Positions 61,043 to 64,000 of a stretch of 64,000 nt of DNA are shown here, piece after piece. Where the stretch lies: assembly GCA_963705505.1 (NCBI GenBank), contig CAVPJU010000001.1, positions 128,001-192,000 of the forward strand, written 5' to 3'. The number at the start of each line of letters is the position of its first letter. Position 1 is the stretch's first letter. The notes under the pieces were generated by a model that worked only from the letters and a program-made list of their open reading frames with translations, was not told where the DNA came from and did no database searches. The position numbers were made by a program, and so were the translations under genes. This DNA is from an uncultured bacterium (GTDB lineage: Bacteria; Desulfobacterota_D; UBA1144; Nemesobacterales; UBA2774).

Positions 61043-62226
61043 TCAGGCGAATACCTTGCCGAAAGGATCGACCCGTGTCTTATCCTCCTGCACCGGCGTG
61101 ACCAGCTTTTTATCCCTTCTCTCGATCCTTATGGTCCCGTCTTTTCTCCGCGTTGCTATAAACTGGGTTCCGCTCGTCTCACCGGATATCTTCTGTAGTA
61201 TGCGCGGATAGTTTTTGGAGCCGATGAAGATCGAGTGTATGCATACGCCTAATTTCTTCGCCCTCGTCCTTTCGTCCATTACGTCACAGTCGCCCGAAGT
61301 CGGGATCCCGTCCGTGATGAAGAGAATGTGCTTGTTCCTGAGGCCGCGCCCCCTGAACTCGGTGAGAGCGTCCTTAAGCGCGTCTTCGTAGTTAGTATTT
61401 CCCGAACATTCCGTTTTAGAGGCGAGCTCGAGCATCCACTGATAATCCCTTGTAAAGAATGCGGAGTTCCTTTTGTATTTGTACGAGCGGTGATTGAATT
61501 CCACGTAACCGACCCTCATCTTTTTCGATCTGGCGAGCTCGATAACTCCCCTCACGACCGATGAAGACCACTCGCTGTAAACTCCCATCATGGAGGTGCT
61601 GACGTCCCTCAGTATCGCGATCTCTCCCCCCATCATTTCTTTTTCGCGTTTATGGACTCTCGGGAGCGTCGGTGTGGTGTACTCCGACCAGAACATCGCC
61701 TCGTACGGATCGACGTCCTCGATCTCGTCAAAGTGGTTCATCCTCTTCCACTTCCTGGGCAGTCCGCCGGGATGGGGCGCCCTGAGGGCTATGCTCCTCT
61801 GGAAATTGCCCTCGAGGACCTTCATTATCACTTTTACGTTGTCGGCCGACTCGAGGTTCCTCTTGCCGCCGATCCAGTAATCTTCCTCGTCTCCCGGATC
61901 GGGGGATTTGCTTGCGAAGACCTTGGTCGTCTTGGGAGGCTGCTTGTCGTCCCTTCTGGTTCCGTCGTCCGAAAGCTGCCCTGTGGGGTCCGACGGAATG
62001 TTCATATCCTCGGGCGGAGCCATGGAGCTTTCCTTCTGTATGTTTTCCTTGAGTTCTTTTAAAGCCTGGAAGAAGGTTTTACGGGCTTCTGTGAGCTGCT
62101 CCTGGGACTCCTTTTTCCCCCGCTCATCAGGGGACTCCTGCTTTTGCTCGTCCGGGGCGTCCTTGTCAAATTCTGAGGACGGCTGTTCCTCTAGCTCGCT
62201 CCCACTGTCCCTGTCTTTTTTTTTTT
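61043..62226 (-). CDS. Acidic linker plus VWA domain (ViaA-like); probably reached from the AAA+ ORF by a -1 frameshift
   Basis: MIDAS DVSTS, GNTNY, FITDG; no obvious own RBS/start; coherent sequence begins at the A11 run. Confidence 0.75.
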
Positions 62227-63153
62227 GGAGGTGAGGTCCTCGATTATCTGGTCGAGCTGCAGGTACACCTCTTCGGGGATTCGGAATGCAGTCATGTATT
62301 TCAGTGCGTTCAGGTCTTCGAGCGTACATACGTCCCTGCCGTGGAGCAGCGCGTACGCCCTCATGATCTTGAGCGACTTTACGAAAAATGTCCTGTCAGA
62401 GATAAGGGAGTTCGTTTCATTACATCCGTAATCTTCTATGAGTGTAGCTACGAAGTTTGCCAGCCCATCCTGGACTTCTAGGGGTATTTCGAGCTTGCCC
62501 AGCTTCTTGTAGTATTCGTCGAAAACTTCCCTGCTCACCCTCGGCGGCACCTGGTATTCGAGCGGTCTCTGCGTGTAGAGCTTAATGACTTCCCTCGCTT
62601 CGTCCCATTTCTTGCCGTAGGACAAGCCCTGTGCGTGTATCTGCAGGACGAACCTGTCGAGGTTAGCGGGGTCAAGCGGCTCGTTGTAGTATTCGTCGGC
62701 CGTCGGGTTGCTCGTAGCGATCGCGGTCAAGAGCGGGATGTCCTCGTCAAAGAACTTTCTTTCGTTGAGAATTCTCAAGAGTACGTTCAGTGATTCGCCC
62801 GGCGCCCTGGATATATCGTCCAGAAGGCATATCTCGGCGGTCAGTATTCCGCCCTTCACGACCTTCTGTTTAATTACTTCGCCGGTGTCTGTGACCTCTT
62901 TGGAAATAACCAGATCCCCGATAAGTTCCGAGAGTCTGGTGTCTCTGTGGAGCTGATAGAAGAAGAATTTCAGCTGCGCTGCGCCGGAAATGATTTCGGC
63001 AAGCATAGTCTTGGCAGTTCCGGGCGGTCCTTCCACATAAATGTGCTCCCTGGCTATGACACCCAGGAGGAGGGATATCTTTACCCCCTCGTGTCCTATA
63101 ACCAGTTTATCCATTTCTTCTTTCAAAGCTATAAATGGATTTTGTGATATCAT
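62191..63153 (-). CDS. MoxR/RavA-type AAA+ ATPase
   Basis: GPPGTAKT, CLLDDI, LNVLLRILNERKF, ATSN, LDRF, ISDR; ATG at 63153 after GGAGG. Confidence 0.9.
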   Translation of the reverse strand: MISQNPFIALKEEMDKLVIGHEGVKISLLLGVIAREHIYVEGPPGTAKTMLAEIISGAAQLKFFFYQLHRDTRLSELIGDLVISKEVTDTGEVIKQKVVKGGILTAEICLLDDISRAPGESLNVLLRILNERKFFDEDIPLLTAIATSNPTADEYYNEPLDPANLDRFVLQIHAQGLSYGKKWDEAREVIKLYTQRPLEYQVPPRVSREVFDEYYKKLGKLEIPLEVQDGLANFVATLIEDYGCNETNSLISDRTFFVKSLKIMRAYALLHGRDVCTLEDLNALKYMTAFRIPEEVYLQLDQIIEDLTSKKKKTGTVGAS

Positions 63154-63540
63154 TATTTGGTATTGCCTCCGTAAAATTCCTTGAGCTACTGGATAATTGT
63201 ACATAAGCGGGTTTTTTTTTGCAATAATTGCTCCTTACACGGGTCGGCGGGGTTTTTATAATGAAATAAGCCGGTTCCTGTTTTCGGGCATTTACCATAA
63301 TCCCTTAAATGTGATAAGGTGTTAGCCTTTATATACTCAACGCGGTAATAACTATGCAGCTATCAATAACGAATTTCCTTTCGGAGTTAAGCGGTTTCGT
63401 ATGGGGTATCCCTCTGATTGCGCTTCTTTTGGGTATGGCGGCGTTCCGTTCGATTCGTATATATAGCCTCGATTTCGGGATTTGCGGAGCTTCGTTTTAA
63501 TACTAAAAATATTGAGCTACAATATAGGCTTAAGCTGATT

Positions 63541-63972
63541 ATGAAAGTGCTCTTCTGCTGGTTCATATTAACAGGCGCATTGTTCTTCCTTATGTCCTCG
63601 GGCGCCCGCGCGGTCGTATGGCAGCCGATCGGGTTCGGCACACAGGGCGACTCTTCCAAATTCAGGGTTTTTATCGATACGGACAGTATTCAAGTTTTCG
63701 GCGGGAAGGTCAGGTTCTGGCAGGGGCACGTGTTTTATGAGGAGCAGCCTCTCCCCTCGGGGAAGTCTTTCATAAGGGTTTCGATTTCGCGGGTTGTCGA
63801 TTGCGATGCAATGAGCGATTCTAACCTCGAGGCGGTATTTTACGGGCCCTCCGGGGACATCGTCGATAATTACGGGACACAGGGGGCGATGCAGTTTCAT
63901 CCCGTAAAGCCGGATACGATAAGCAGCGCAGTTTTAAATTTCGTCTGTGATTACGCAAAAAAGAACGGGTAG
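63541..63972 (+). CDS. Secreted protein, surface-adhesin-E-like fold
   Basis: Signal peptide ending ARA; VFIDTDSI, RVVDC, PVKPDTI...FVC. Confidence 0.65.
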   Translation: MKVLFCWFILTGALFFLMSSGARAVVWQPIGFGTQGDSSKFRVFIDTDSIQVFGGKVRFWQGHVFYEEQPLPSGKSFIRVSISRVVDCDAMSDSNLEAVFYGPSGDIVDNYGTQGAMQFHPVKPDTISSAVLNFVCDYAKKNG

Positions 63973-64000
63973 GGAGTGATTAATGTTTAGAAGATCGGGC

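Noticed and set aside
62227..62329. ATG at 62329 as the start of the VWA protein
   Set aside because: Lies inside the AAA+ coding region without an RBS, and the sequence looks like off-frame translation until the A run.
63418..63540. TTG-started extension of the last ORF
   Set aside because: The signal peptide starts at the ATG at 63541.

Overview
Chromosomal window of a Gram-negative bacterium. Gene content and the pilB-pilT-pilC-pilS-pilR order suggest a deltaproteobacterial-type (Desulfobacterota-like) lineage; this is an inference. Contents: two type IVa pilus loci (pilBTC-pilSR and pilMNOPQ, the latter behind a GEMM/c-di-GMP-I-like riboswitch with altered ligand positions); miaB; an MFS transporter; a porin with a sigma54 promoter; three tRNAs (Phe, Ser, Gly); a ~9.6 kb integrase-less island bounded by a 15-bp duplication of the tRNA-Phe 3' end; hicBA; a B12 acyl-CoA mutase with isobutyryl-CoA-mutase residues; rnr; an 11 kb operon of four alkaline-phosphatase-superfamily proteins with a tiny 'LGY-tail' protein and an EMC3/TMCO1(DUF106)-like membrane protein; a catalytically degenerate KDPG aldolase; a JAB-DinG helicase; mtgA; gyrA; proB; mltG; and a MoxR/RavA AAA+ gene joined to a VWA ORF across an A11 run containing an in-phase A_AAA_AAG slippery site. 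Several genes, including essential gyrA, carry single-base frameshifts. The assembly therefore probably has indel errors, and every frameshift-based claim needs read-level checking. Family assignments come from motif recognition by eye, not database searches.
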